64,000 nt of DNA from Callorhinchus milii (Eukaryota). Positions 14,195-25,098 of the stretch are shown in pieces. The first letter of the stretch is position 1. The number at the start of each line of letters is the position of its first letter. The notes below the pieces were generated by a model that saw nothing but the letters and a program-made list of their open reading frames with translations, had not been told where the DNA came from and did not search any database. Position numbers and translations under genes: made by a program. The stretch is taken from contig NW_024704755.1 of the NCBI RefSeq assembly GCF_018977255.1, forward strand, positions 11,036,001 to 11,100,000, given 5' to 3'.

Positions 14195-14401
14195 AAATAC
14201 TGTTGGAAATCTGAAACAAAAACAGAAATTGCTGGGAACACTCAGCAGGTCAGGCAGAATCTATGGAGAAAGGAAAGTGAGTCAAACTTTTGGGTCCACG
14301 AACTTTCGTCAGAACTGTTCTGATGAAGGCTCGTGGATCTGAAATGTTGACTCACTTTCCTTTCTCCATAGATGCTGCCTGACCTGCTGAGTGTTCCCAG
14401 C
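14195..14401. mobile_element. Palindromic Penelope-like element remnant (85-bp inverted arms 14231-14315 and 14317-14401) with hammerhead-like cores
   Basis: The arms match at 76/85 positions around a single T at 14316. CTGATGA...GAAA is at 14320-14344 on +, and CTGACGA...AAAA on -. The GATGCTGCCTGACCTGCTGAGT flank is recognised from memory as a chondrichthyan Penelope-type terminal repeat. Confidence 0.7.
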
Positions 14402-16310
14402 GACTTTAGTCATCTGGCAACTGGCTATGTGGTCAACCTGGACTTCGATGCTCCAGGAGAAAACTCATTCAGTTAGAAACAACAATGTATCTCTATTTGG
14501 CAATGTCCTAGGGTATCGATTGAGGGTTAATAGGAAGGGAATTATAAGGGAAACCATGTCTTCTTCAAGTGTGATCTCCTGTCCATTTCCTCTCAACATC
14601 CATCTGTCTATGAAATGGCTAAAAGTTACTGTAGATTTTGGGGATGAGAAATTCCTCATTCTATTAAGTGTAACAACTTTGACGACCCCCTACATTATCA
14701 CAGGCTAACCGCTGTATTTAACTGTAAGCTATAATATGGTGTGTTCCACAATTGTAGTGCTTGAATACTGTCCATATTTACAGGGTTAATTGGCAGATGC
14801 AGTTAGAATTAGACTCCAGGAGAATCACAGCCACCAGAGACCCAAATGTTGGCAGACACTGATGTATGTTACAAGACAGATGCAGCTTGAATCTACCAGG
14901 TTGGGCTTTCTTTATTGATTGATATTTAATCCTGTTACAATAGTGTTCATGTTAATAAAAAAAATCGTATTATTTAAATGTTAAGTGGGATGTCTGCTTC
15001 TCATTTATTCTTCTTGAATGACAGCTCACCTGTAGCTCTCTCCAATTTAACATCCATGTGGATGGAGCAGCGATTCTAGCCTGAAAGTGATGTGCTTTGA
15101 CAAGTATTTTGGGGGACATTGGTTCAAGTTGAAAGAAATGCTGGGATGTAGAGAATTAGACCTTCAGGAATAAAACAAGGGAAAAGTGAATGATGTCAAA
15201 AGAACAAATTGATGTTAAGATACACACCAGTTTAGCCAAAATTTTCAGCCTTGTGATCATCTTGTATGATTTAAATTGATACAGCGCCTTTCAAGTCTCA
15301 AAGTGGTTCACCGAGCTTACCGAGATGCCAATATAGTCATGCCACTTCTGATTTTAGGAATAACCTGTTTTTTCCCTGGTGAAGTACTCTACTGATACTG
15401 CTATTGCAACTCAAAATAATTTAAACAAGTATGGATACAGATGGACTGTAAACTTATGCAGTTCAATGGGAACATCACATTTAACCCACATTTCAATGGT
15501 TCTTGATAGAAAATAGTGGAGGCTGTATAAAACTCCTTAAATTTCAACGAGAATGGAATAGCTTAATCACGTAAAATCAGATTTACTGGTGTAACATTAA
15601 ATAAATTTAAAAATGAGTAGTGCAAAAACTTACTACCATCAGAATGGAATAAAGAGAAACTTTAAGAACTTTGAATAGAAGCAAAACTTTAACAGAAAGT
15701 AAAAGCAGCAAAGAATTCAACAAAAATATGAAGCTGTTTACACAGTACAAAGATGCACTTAATTCTATGATGCGTTTACTGGCTTTTGTGTTTCCGAAGT
15801 AAACATATCCACAAGGCCTCTAAAATCTATGTTACGGACTAGTAGATTAAACCGATCATACTATATGACTCAACCTGGATACACCGTGCTAAGCTAGGCT
15901 ATTGTAACTTACCCCAATTTTTATTGTTTAAAACTTAATGTCAAAAAACATCCCAGGACCATTTAACTGTTTTAGTTACAGATAGATGAGGAACAGGGAA
16001 GGATGGATAAGCAGCAGGTTTCCCATCCTTTCTCCCCCTCCAACTGCTTTTCAATTATATTCCTCTGAAAATCCAGCTCGGAGCTGCGGTTACTGCAGGC
16101 AAGTTGTGGTTCAGCACGGTGGTTGTTACTGTGGAGAGATGCCATTCTGAGTCTTTGGTAACAGGGTGTTAGAAGTTTGCTAATGAGAGGACTAGAGAGG
16201 AGAGAGCCTGAAGTGTTCATGGAGTGTTCAGAAAACCTAAACACAAAAACAGAGCTTTCAATGTAAAATGCAATTACCTGAACATGAGTGAAGATACTTT
16301 ATGTAGAATT

Positions 16311-16659
16311 TAATAATCCTTGCATTTGATATAGCGCTTTATCACATCTTTGAGATGTCTCAAAGCGCTTCACAGAACATCCTGTAAAGTGAATTGACTG
16401 TATATTTTATGGGCGAAACACTGCAGCCAATTCTGCACAGCAGTGTCCCACAGACAGTCGTGGATTGATGTGATCAATTTATTTTTTTTTTTTGAAGGAA
16501 TTATCGCCCCCGGAAAAGCAATCCGCCAATTGACTAACAACCAAGTTCCTACATACTGCTACGTAAACAGTGGAGTAAGGAAACTTGCTCAACATTTTGC
16601 CCTGCCGGGAATCGAACCCAGGTCTCTTGCTTGCTCTAACCACTGAGCTACAGGACTCC
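16311..16659 (-). mobile_element. Same tRNA SINE family, long form with an extra central segment
   Basis: The reverse complement begins GGAGTCCTGTAGCTCAGTGGTTAGAGC, has B box GGTTCGATTCC and the same 3' tail. Confidence 0.9.
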
Positions 16660-17411
16660 AAGATCAATGAATTAATTTGTCTGACCCTTAAATCAGTGGC
16701 TGGAGAGTGTGGTGTCGAGTGAGACCTCAGCAGTAAAATATAAGGATTATTATTATTAATCACATAAACCTCCCTGTTTTTTGTCCCAACATTGTCCCAG
16801 AGGTGCAGCCCCATGCCTGCATCAGCAAATCTGACCTGAGTGGCAATTTTTTTACAATTGTGACAAGGTTTGTGCTGCAAACACATTCCCACTAGAATCT
16901 GGATGGCAGCAATGCCTGAGCTTATTTTAGACATGATCCTTACAGCCGACAAACAGGAGAGCTTTGTCCCACCAGATCAGCTAGCTTTGAACCCAGGTCC
17001 CATAGATGAAAGGTCAGTATTTGCACCCCAACTTCCAACTTTTTCTGATTTAAAAAAAAATTACAGAAAAGGAGATTTCAAAAAATAATAAAATGAAATA
17101 TTTATTGTGTACAAATTAATGATGCATTTTTCTCACTGTTGCAGCAGAGGACTGTCGAGAATAAACTGTAATACATTATTTATTGTTTATTATTCTCTTT
17201 GTACTGTGGCAATTTTACATGCTTAGTCTGCAAACTTTCACATAAAACATTAAATAAATAGGCTGGAACATGACAATCACCCATGTACACTTCATAAAAC
17301 ATGGAAGTGTAACTAACTGTTTCAATCTTCTTTCATTAAAAGTCCAGTGAATGTCTTTTGTCTGATAATTAAGAACAAACTATATTTTGCCTAGTTGTTT
17401 TATAATCCCTA

Positions 17412-17525
17412 AACAGGTTACCAGGAAAGGTGGTTGAGGACAGGATGCTGAACTCATTTAAAAACAGCTGGGTGCCGTTTCGGGAAGAAGGGAAGGGTGG
17501 TTGTTCTGAAAGGATGAGTTCAAAT
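17412..17525 (+). mobile_element. CR1 3' end fragment directly upstream of a SINE
   Basis: NRLPGKVVEDRMLNSFKNSW resembles the CR1 ORF2 terminus WNxLPxxVVEAxxLxxFK. Confidence 0.55.
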
Positions 17526-17533
17526 CCTGTACA

Positions 17534-17859
17534 GGAGTCCTGTAGCTCAGTGGTTAGAGCACTCGCTTTGCAAGCGAGAGACCTGAGTTCAATTCCAGGC
17601 AGGGCGAAACCTTGGGCAAGTTTCCTTACTCCACACAGAGCCTAATAATAATCCCTCCAAAACCCAAAACAATAATAAATTGGTCATTTTCAATCTACGA
17701 CTGTTTGTGGGACATTGCTGTGCGCAATTGGCTGCCCCGTTCGCCCACAAATATACAGTCAATTCACTTTACAGTGTGTTCTGTGAAGCGCTTTGGGACG
17801 TCCTCCCGACGTGAAAAGTGCTATATCAAATGCAAGGATTATTATTATTATTATTATTA
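17534..17859 (+). mobile_element. Young full-length tRNA-Ala-derived SINE with L2-type tail (SINE2-1_CM-like), short form
   Basis: A box TAGCTCAGTGG, anticodon arm CTCGC-TTTGCAA-GCGAG, B box GTTCAATTCC, body, then TGTGAAGCGCTTTGGGACG...CTATATCAAATGCAAGG(ATT)n tail. Confidence 0.9.
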
Positions 17860-19064
17860 AATGCGCCAAAGGGCCTTCTTCATCTAAATCAATCTCATGA
17901 TCTTGTAACCGATATTGGATGCCACCATTCAAATCCCCTAATAAGGTGGGGCAATGGGCTATGGATATTCAGCATCCTTGTCAAGGAGAATGCTGTGAAC
18001 CAGAGCTGCTTCAAAGCATCCTCAAACCAGCAAAACCGAGGCAAACTGTAGTAACTGTAATGAAATTTTCCCTCTATCACATTTGTAAATGTTAGGGTAC
18101 ACACCAAAAAGAAAATGCCTGTATGCCTCTTGCAGTCTTAAATGGCATTTACGAAGTTTTGGCTGCAGAAAGTCTGAGACCTGCATGTAGATTTCTTTTC
18201 CCCCATTCTTATACAATATCTAAAATCGTACAAATGACAGCAAAGAAGAGGCCACTCAACCCATCAAGCCTATGTTGACGCCTCCATTTGTGCCACTTGA
18301 ATAATAATAATATATTGCAATTCCTTCCTCTTTCTTTGTACCCTTTTATATTGATTGTATGCATTCCAGGACACTATCCCACATGAAGGGCGCTATATAA
18401 ATGTGAGCTGTTGTTGATTTTCTTCAAATATTCTGCAATTCAGTAACATCACAAACAGGGATTTTGGGTTACATGACAGAAAACTTTCCACAGAATTCAA
18501 TAGGCCCAGTGTATACTATAAAATATTAAAACTCAGCAAAGTATACCAGAGACACTGTTTTACTGCTATAAATATTTGGCATGGGTGGGAAGGGGAATGC
18601 ATGATGTATTTGTGCGATGTTAGATTTCGAAAAACAAATATTTTTCCCTCTGTTTGCACAGTGAGCTGTTTTTATATGTATTCTGAGTAGGTTTCAGTGC
18701 TGTACATAAAGGGTTAGGTTTTAGTGGACAACGGGCTATGGATTCTCCACTCCTTAATAATTGGCTATATGTTTCGATATTGCGTATCAGGTGGTTGCTG
18801 GCACTTCACGCTCTACATTTGGAATCCTATCTAGTTTAATATGAGGCACAGTTAAACAATAATTAACAGGAGGTACATTGCATCTTTGAAAGGTACCTAC
18901 AAATGAGACAGAACATTTGTGCCAAGGTGGTACAAATTAAGCATTGCATTGGATTCTGTGTAACAGTTGAAAAAGTTAGTTAGAAATCACAAAGGTTTCA
19001 TAAAAAATTAATGTTAAGATCCAAGGCTTTATTTGAAAAGAGAGGTCCTACTAGATAAACGTCA

Positions 19065-19207
19065 TCACTGTTTGTGGGATCCACTGGGCACAAATAGGCT
19101 GCCATGTTTTCCAATAAATAGTCACTACGATTAACACAATTCTCTATGAAGTACCTTGAAACCTTTGACTTTATAGAACCTATATCAAATACAAGGATTA
19201 TAATAAT
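19065..19207 (+). mobile_element. Diverged SINE 3' fragment
   Basis: CTGTTTGTGGGATC...CTATATCAAATACAAGGATTAT. Confidence 0.6.
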
Positions 19208-20185
19208 GTGTGGTAAACTTGTTTTCACTTTAGATTTTAGCTGTAGTGCTGTGGATCAACACTAGTCTGTAAAAGGTGATTTCAGACTTGAAGCTGTGAC
19301 ATTGAATGCAGTCGTGTATTATGATAGACACCAAAAATTAAGTTTCTAACAAGCGCTATTATTATATATGTTGCTTTATTAGCTTCAATGAATACTGTGC
19401 ACCAGATACGTTTATGCAAAACATGTTGACAGCAAACTAACGTAATAAACAGAATTCATACTTTTCCTTTTTGAACTTTTACTCCTCCCCAAACTTAATT
19501 CACCTAAACATTGCTTTTCAAAACAGGATCTTTTAAAAATATCAGCATGATAAAGAACACAACAGGAATGCACACAAGCAGAAAATGCTGAAATGCTTTT
19601 TTAATCCTGCTATTACTGCCAGATCGTCAGATACCTATATTTCTGACACTTAGATGAGATCCTGTCTTGTCAGCGAATGACAAACTTCTATCACTTCCTG
19701 CAGGCTTTAAAATCTCATTAGACTATGAAATATAACTAGCCAGAACAAAGGTGCTAGCTGTACTCATCTTAAAAGCCTGGGGCAGAATTCTAGTATCATT
19801 ATCTGAGTCTGTACTCATGCAGATGAAAATTGTGATCATGTGGACCATGGCACTAAAATAGTATCCAATTCAAAACGCAATATGAGAAAGTGCCTAGAAT
19901 TATTTTCAATTAACTTTTGCTGTACTTGCCTGTTCTGGTGCACTGTGGTTGGAAAGACTGGGCACCAGAGCAAAAGATAGGTCTGAAGCCATGCCACTGA
20001 ACGATTCAAAGCATATTCTGTTTGTCAGAAAAATACAGATAAGCCTTGGAGAAACTTCGAGTAGCTAAAATGAATTGTTTCCTATCTTTCCAGCACAAGC
20101 ACCATCACAGCACGACAGCTAAAATCTAAAGTGGATTCACATAGCACCTCAATGTGCCTTTGACTAAAAAAAATTAGTATCGGGT

Positions 20186-20414
20186 CTAAGTCAGAAGGTT
20201 GTGGGTTCAAGCCCCCACTTTGGCACTTTGAACTCACAGTGTAGGCTGGCACTCCAGTGCAGTACTAGGGGAGCACTGCATTGTTGCAGGTGTCATCCTT
20301 CGGATGCGACTTTAAAACTGAGTTCCCGTCTATCAACAGAGGTGAACATTAAAGATCCCATGGCATTGTTCAACAAGAAAGGGGAGTTTCTTCTGGTTTC
20401 CTGGCCAACAATTC
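20186..20414 (+). mobile_element. Deu-type SINE 5' half
   Basis: TCAGAAGGTTGTGGGTTCAAGCCCCCACT head, with the core running to CCTGGCCAACA. Confidence 0.75.
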
Positions 20415-20420
20415 TCCAAA

Positions 20421-20655
20421 TAATGCATTTGTTACATTGCTTTTCAGAGGCAAGATTCTAAGAGCATCTCAGGATTTACCATAAAGTGTAGTGACTGTGT
20501 ATTTTGTGGGCGAACGCGGTAGCCAATTTGCACACAGCAATTTCTCACAAATAGGTATGAAGTGAACGATCAATTTTATCTGGGGGCTGTTGGCCAGGAC
20601 ACCAGTAGAAACTCCCTTTTTTCGGATAGTGCAATGGGATCCCTAATGTCCACCT
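20421..20655 (-). mobile_element. Deu-type SINE 3' half, inverted against the previous copy
   Basis: Tail plus TGTTGGCCAGGACACC...ATAGTGCAATGGGATC..AATGTCCACCT. Confidence 0.75.
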
Positions 20656-21022
20656 AAATAGTTAAAATATTGCTGAATATCAAATAAAATATCAAATATC
20701 ACATTCACTGTAAACATTTCTGGTATATTTTCTGCTTAATTTTACAATATACAAATAAGGCCATTTCCTGATGTGCTTGAACCTGCAATATTGTTTCCAA
20801 AGTAAGTTTAAGACTTTTATCATTTAATAAGGCCAGTTGCCAGATATTTAAGTGTGTTTTCAATCTAGTGAAAATCTAGTAAAATGAAAATAAACTATGA
20901 AGTGCTTTCATAAAGTATAGCAAAAGTATTATTAATTTCTAGACAAAGTTGAAATAATAAAGATCAACACTGATAACTGAAGAGCTATTGAACAAGAATT
21001 AATTTTTTTGGAGTGGGAAATC

Positions 21023-21138
21023 AATAATAATAATAATCCTTGCATTTGATATAGTGCCTTATCACGTCATTGAGGCATCTCAAAGTGCTTCACAGAATAT
21101 ATAGTAAATTGTAGTGATTGTGCATTTTGTGGGCTAAA
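21023..21138 (-). mobile_element. SINE 3' tail fragment
   Basis: (AAT)nCCTTGCATTTGATATAG...CAAAGTGCTTCACAGAA. Confidence 0.8.
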
Positions 21139-21295
21139 TTAGCCCCCCAACCCCACCCCCCGTGTTAATTCGGAGATCGACTAACCAATTCAGTAATCCT
21201 CAACATTGGGTTGAAGTACAGTACCTTGACCAACGCATAGCAATAGCACTGTCTGAATGTGATTTGCAATTTTTTCAAAGTGTGTGCACAGTAAT

Positions 21296-21309
21296 TCGCC
21301 AGATGGCAG
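21296..21309 (+). promoter_or_regulatory. CTCF-like motif
   Basis: TCGCCAGATGGCAG resembles the CTCF core. Confidence 0.35.
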
Positions 21310-24300
21310 AAATTTACCATGTTAATATTTAAAGAGGCCCTTCAGCAACCAGTGCACATAACACGTTCAGCCTGGCTGAATAAATAACGTTTTGTGATGG
21401 GATCATTTCATATCTCTTGTGAAAGTTGGCGCGGTAGCAAACATCAATACACACTAAAACAATTGTTATAATTGATGTTCTGTGCTTCATACAACAAGAC
21501 CCTTTTCGCTCTTACAGGCACTAAGAATTGAGCAACAGTGTCTTTTAATATTCAGCTTAAATGGCTAAATCGCATATAATCTATTTTTTCAACAGTTAGT
21601 GAGTTAAGTGTGTAATAACTTAATCATGGACTTTTGAATGTAGTAGCAGTAATTATACAGAGATTAAACTTGCTTCTCCCAAACAGCACAGTTTTCCTCC
21701 GAATTATATTTAACAACAGAAAATCTATGCCAAGAATTTGGGAATAATGGATTTATTCAACTTTTACATGTAATTGTTTTGAAAGAAAAATGCACATCCG
21801 AATACCAGTAAAAAAAATCTTAAGCTAATTGAAACATTTGCTCAAGATCCTCTCCATAAAATAAAAGTTCTGCTTTGATTTTTAATAATGAAATGTTTGG
21901 ACAATTGATTTGACAGTTGACAAATAATAGGTTTTAGACGAAGTGAAACACAATTTTAACCCTTTTTTTCAGCCCTGCTGGTGGCATGGTGTCAGTTGAC
22001 TTATCTGAACTTTCTGTGCTTGAATTTAGCAGGTTCTTAAACGGATTGAAAGCAATGGTGTAAATTATTTTCGATGTTGCATTATTTGAACCTATAAGGC
22101 GTCCTAAAGCAATAAAAGTCATCAAAGGTTTTCTGGTTGATGCTGATTATACAGGAAGTACAATTTACAAAGCAACCTTTTTTCCCTCACACTTTGTTTT
22201 CCACCTTTTCAAGTGTCATTGACACCAAACAGAATCCAAACTGCCTAATCCTTGACACTGAATCGAGCAGGTGGAGCACCTGTTGTCCACAGCAAATTCC
22301 GGGAGGTAGTTGCAGGAAGTGAAAACAGAGCAGAACACCACCCTAAGCCCTGCATAAACCACTTTTCCACGCTATAATCGTGCACAATTTTATTATCTCA
22401 CGTTTATCTAGGGATTCGAGGACTGTGTATAATGGGCAAGTAATACTCATGTATTTCAATTATCAGATCAGGCTGTAATCAGAAACCTTACCATACACAT
22501 ACACACACACACACTCACATGAGTGCATTTACAGAATGATCGCAAGCTTCTCGGTAAGGGTAAAGTCTTGAGTTTGGAAATAAACAGCCACAGTGTTGTG
22601 GACTCAATATTACATCTGTTTCCAAGAATCATCAGTAGGTTATTATGGATATTAATATATTCCGTAAAAAAGCAACTTTGGAAAGTTGAACTAGGTAGAA
22701 CTAAACATCCATCACTTTTTCGAACCATCCATGTTGCTCTACCCACTACAGTGATACAGAGAAACAGACATAAGAAGCTGGAAGCAACACAAAAACCATT
22801 TTCTTCAAATGCAATTACTCTTGTTCATTTTATTTGATAACATGTACACTGCAAATAGAGCCAGACCCCCAAAAAACTATCCTTGCAGTTTACTATTCTA
22901 TAATCGTGCAATGTGATTATTTGGGTAAGTNAAAAAAATACTTAGAAATGTGTAGATTCTTTAGAGTAGATGGAAGTTTGGGCTCTGAATTGATATCCAG
23001 TGACTCCTACTGGAATGTGCTCCTTTCTGAACATTGGGTGAGAAATTGATTGGGAGAGGAATTGAGTGGAATCAATTCTGATGTTCTCCACTGTTGCATA
23101 TCTTGCCCACATTCACTGTTTAGATTTCCACATGAAGAATGAGTCATTTGAGCAAGGTATCTGAGGGGGGGTGGGGGGGCAATTGCCATGATTCCCTAAC
23201 CTAGAAAATATTAGCACAATCAAGGGAGGAGGAAAGTAAACTAAAAGAAGAGAATTATCCAGAGAAAGAAAGAGCTGAGGACCGAATTTCCCAGTTCCAA
23301 TCTCAATGTTCAATAAATAATATCTTTTACTTTTTTTCATCACCAGTGCGGGTTAAAATAGTTCAATGCTTCCTACATATTTCATGTTGTAATTAGTATA
23401 TAAGCATTGGCCAAACATAAATGGGCATGTTTATATTTATAAATGGTGAACCAATGGTGTCGAACAGTAAAGCTCCGAAACGGTATTACAACACAACAAA
23501 GTAAATGCTGGCAGATTGGTCATTTGTGACTAATGTAAAACATCGGTAAATTGCTGATGAGTCTTTCGTCATGAATACGCCATCAAGTGCAATAGCCTGT
23601 GACCATACTCCAGATGTTTTTTTGTTGAAAATGCCAGCCATTGCATTTTACATTTAATTCACACATCATACAGCATGTGGCAATTTGTGTAGAAAGAACA
23701 ACAAATGGCATTTAGATATAGGACGTCTGACAGCCCAAGTATAAGTTAGTTCAAACTGGCAGTTTCTAAATAGGGAATTATACCCAGAACAATGCGGTTT
23801 ATCTTCAGCTTTTTTGATTCAGTTGGCATTGCTCTAGTTCACCAGAAATTAGTCATGTGAATTGTGTATTAATTTTTTAAAAATTTGCACAACTTAAATG
23901 CAAGAATACTAAAAGCGAAATGTTAAAAACAGCATATACAGGTCATTTTTATTATTATTTTCTTAATGATTTTACCTATTTGAACTTAAATTTAGTCTTC
24001 AAATAATAAAGCAGGTTCTTAAGACCTTGCACAATTTTGAAATTAAAGTTGCTAATAGGGCAGAATAATTCACATTTGTTAATCTCATCCCAATCCAACA
24101 GTGAGGAAAATCATACTTTGCAAGTAGAGCTATTGCCTTGCTACAGATATCTAAGATATTCTGAAGAAATAAGAAATCATTGGTGAAGTCCTTTAAAGTC
24201 ATTTAGTTGGTGCACAGAAGTGTGCTAACAATTCAAAAACAAAAGAAGTTTGCCATGAAGCTCTCACCAGAGTTAGTATTTTTATTAATAAACATTTTTT

Positions 24301-24834
24301 ATTCACATCCATCTATTGTACAGTCAACATAAATTATGTATGCTATGTCCAACTGTGCTTGTGCATTCATGCATGATTTTCAAGACATACAGCAGCATCA
24401 CTGAGTGACATTAACACAGACAACACCTTCAGGTAATGTACACAGAATGCCAATAATTTACTAAACTAAAAAATGCCTACACAATCCAAGTCTTTCCCCA
24501 CCCCTGCCCTTCCATGTTGAGAAGCGTTTAAATAATGTCCCAAAGCAGCAGGTTCCATCAAATCTAATACTAAGAACATAGAGTGTTTGGAAGAGAAAAA
24601 TCAAACAAGCCCATCCCTTTTCAATAGTTTCCAGCTATTTACCTTCTCATTGTGTACCTCAATCCTCTCTCTTTCCAGGTAAAGATCTAGTTAGCTTTAG
24701 AACCCATTCAGAGACCTTCCACACATCTATTATCCTCTGGGTAAGAAAAGATCCATCTGTAGAATAACGTCCTCATTTTAAACTTGCATCTCTAATGTAT
24801 GAAATCATTATGTTAAACTCTTCCCCTAAGATTA

Positions 24835-25098
24835 AATAATAATAATCCTTGCATTTGATATAGCGCCTTATGATGTTGTTGAGACATCTCAAAGTGCTCT
24901 TGACTCTCTACCCCCTCCTCGCTCCCTCCCTTCCCTCCCCTCACCCTGACCATTTCCCCCTTGCTCGGGTCCTGACCTAACTGTACAGCGCCTTGGGACG
25001 TCCTTCTGACGTGAAAGGCGCTCAATAAATGGAATCTTGTTGTTGTTGTTCACAGAATGTACAGTAAAGTGAATTGATTGTATATTTTGTGGACAAAA
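24835..25098 (-). mobile_element. SINE 3' tail split by an L2 insertion (24835-24898 plus 25050-25098)
   Basis: CTCAAAGTGCT and TCACAGAATGTACAGTAAAGTGAATTG rejoin into the tail consensus. Confidence 0.8.
24899..25049 (+). mobile_element. L2 LINE 3' UTR fragment
   Basis: C-rich tract, CTGTACAGCGCCTTGGGACGTCC..GACGTGAAAGGCGCT and (TTG)n tail, as in 46900-47267. Confidence 0.8.

Noticed and set aside
16479-16952. 157-aa minus-strand ORF (also 17430-17860 and 45166-45753 ORFs)
   Set aside because: These run through SINE sequence.
17534-17606. tRNA-Ala(TGC) gene
   Set aside because: It has A/B boxes and an anticodon arm but no proper acceptor stem or T-run terminator, and it continues into a SINE body found in several copies; it is a SINE head.
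23554-23580. CTGATGAGTC hammerhead-like start
   Set aside because: There is no paired stem II or GAAA downstream.
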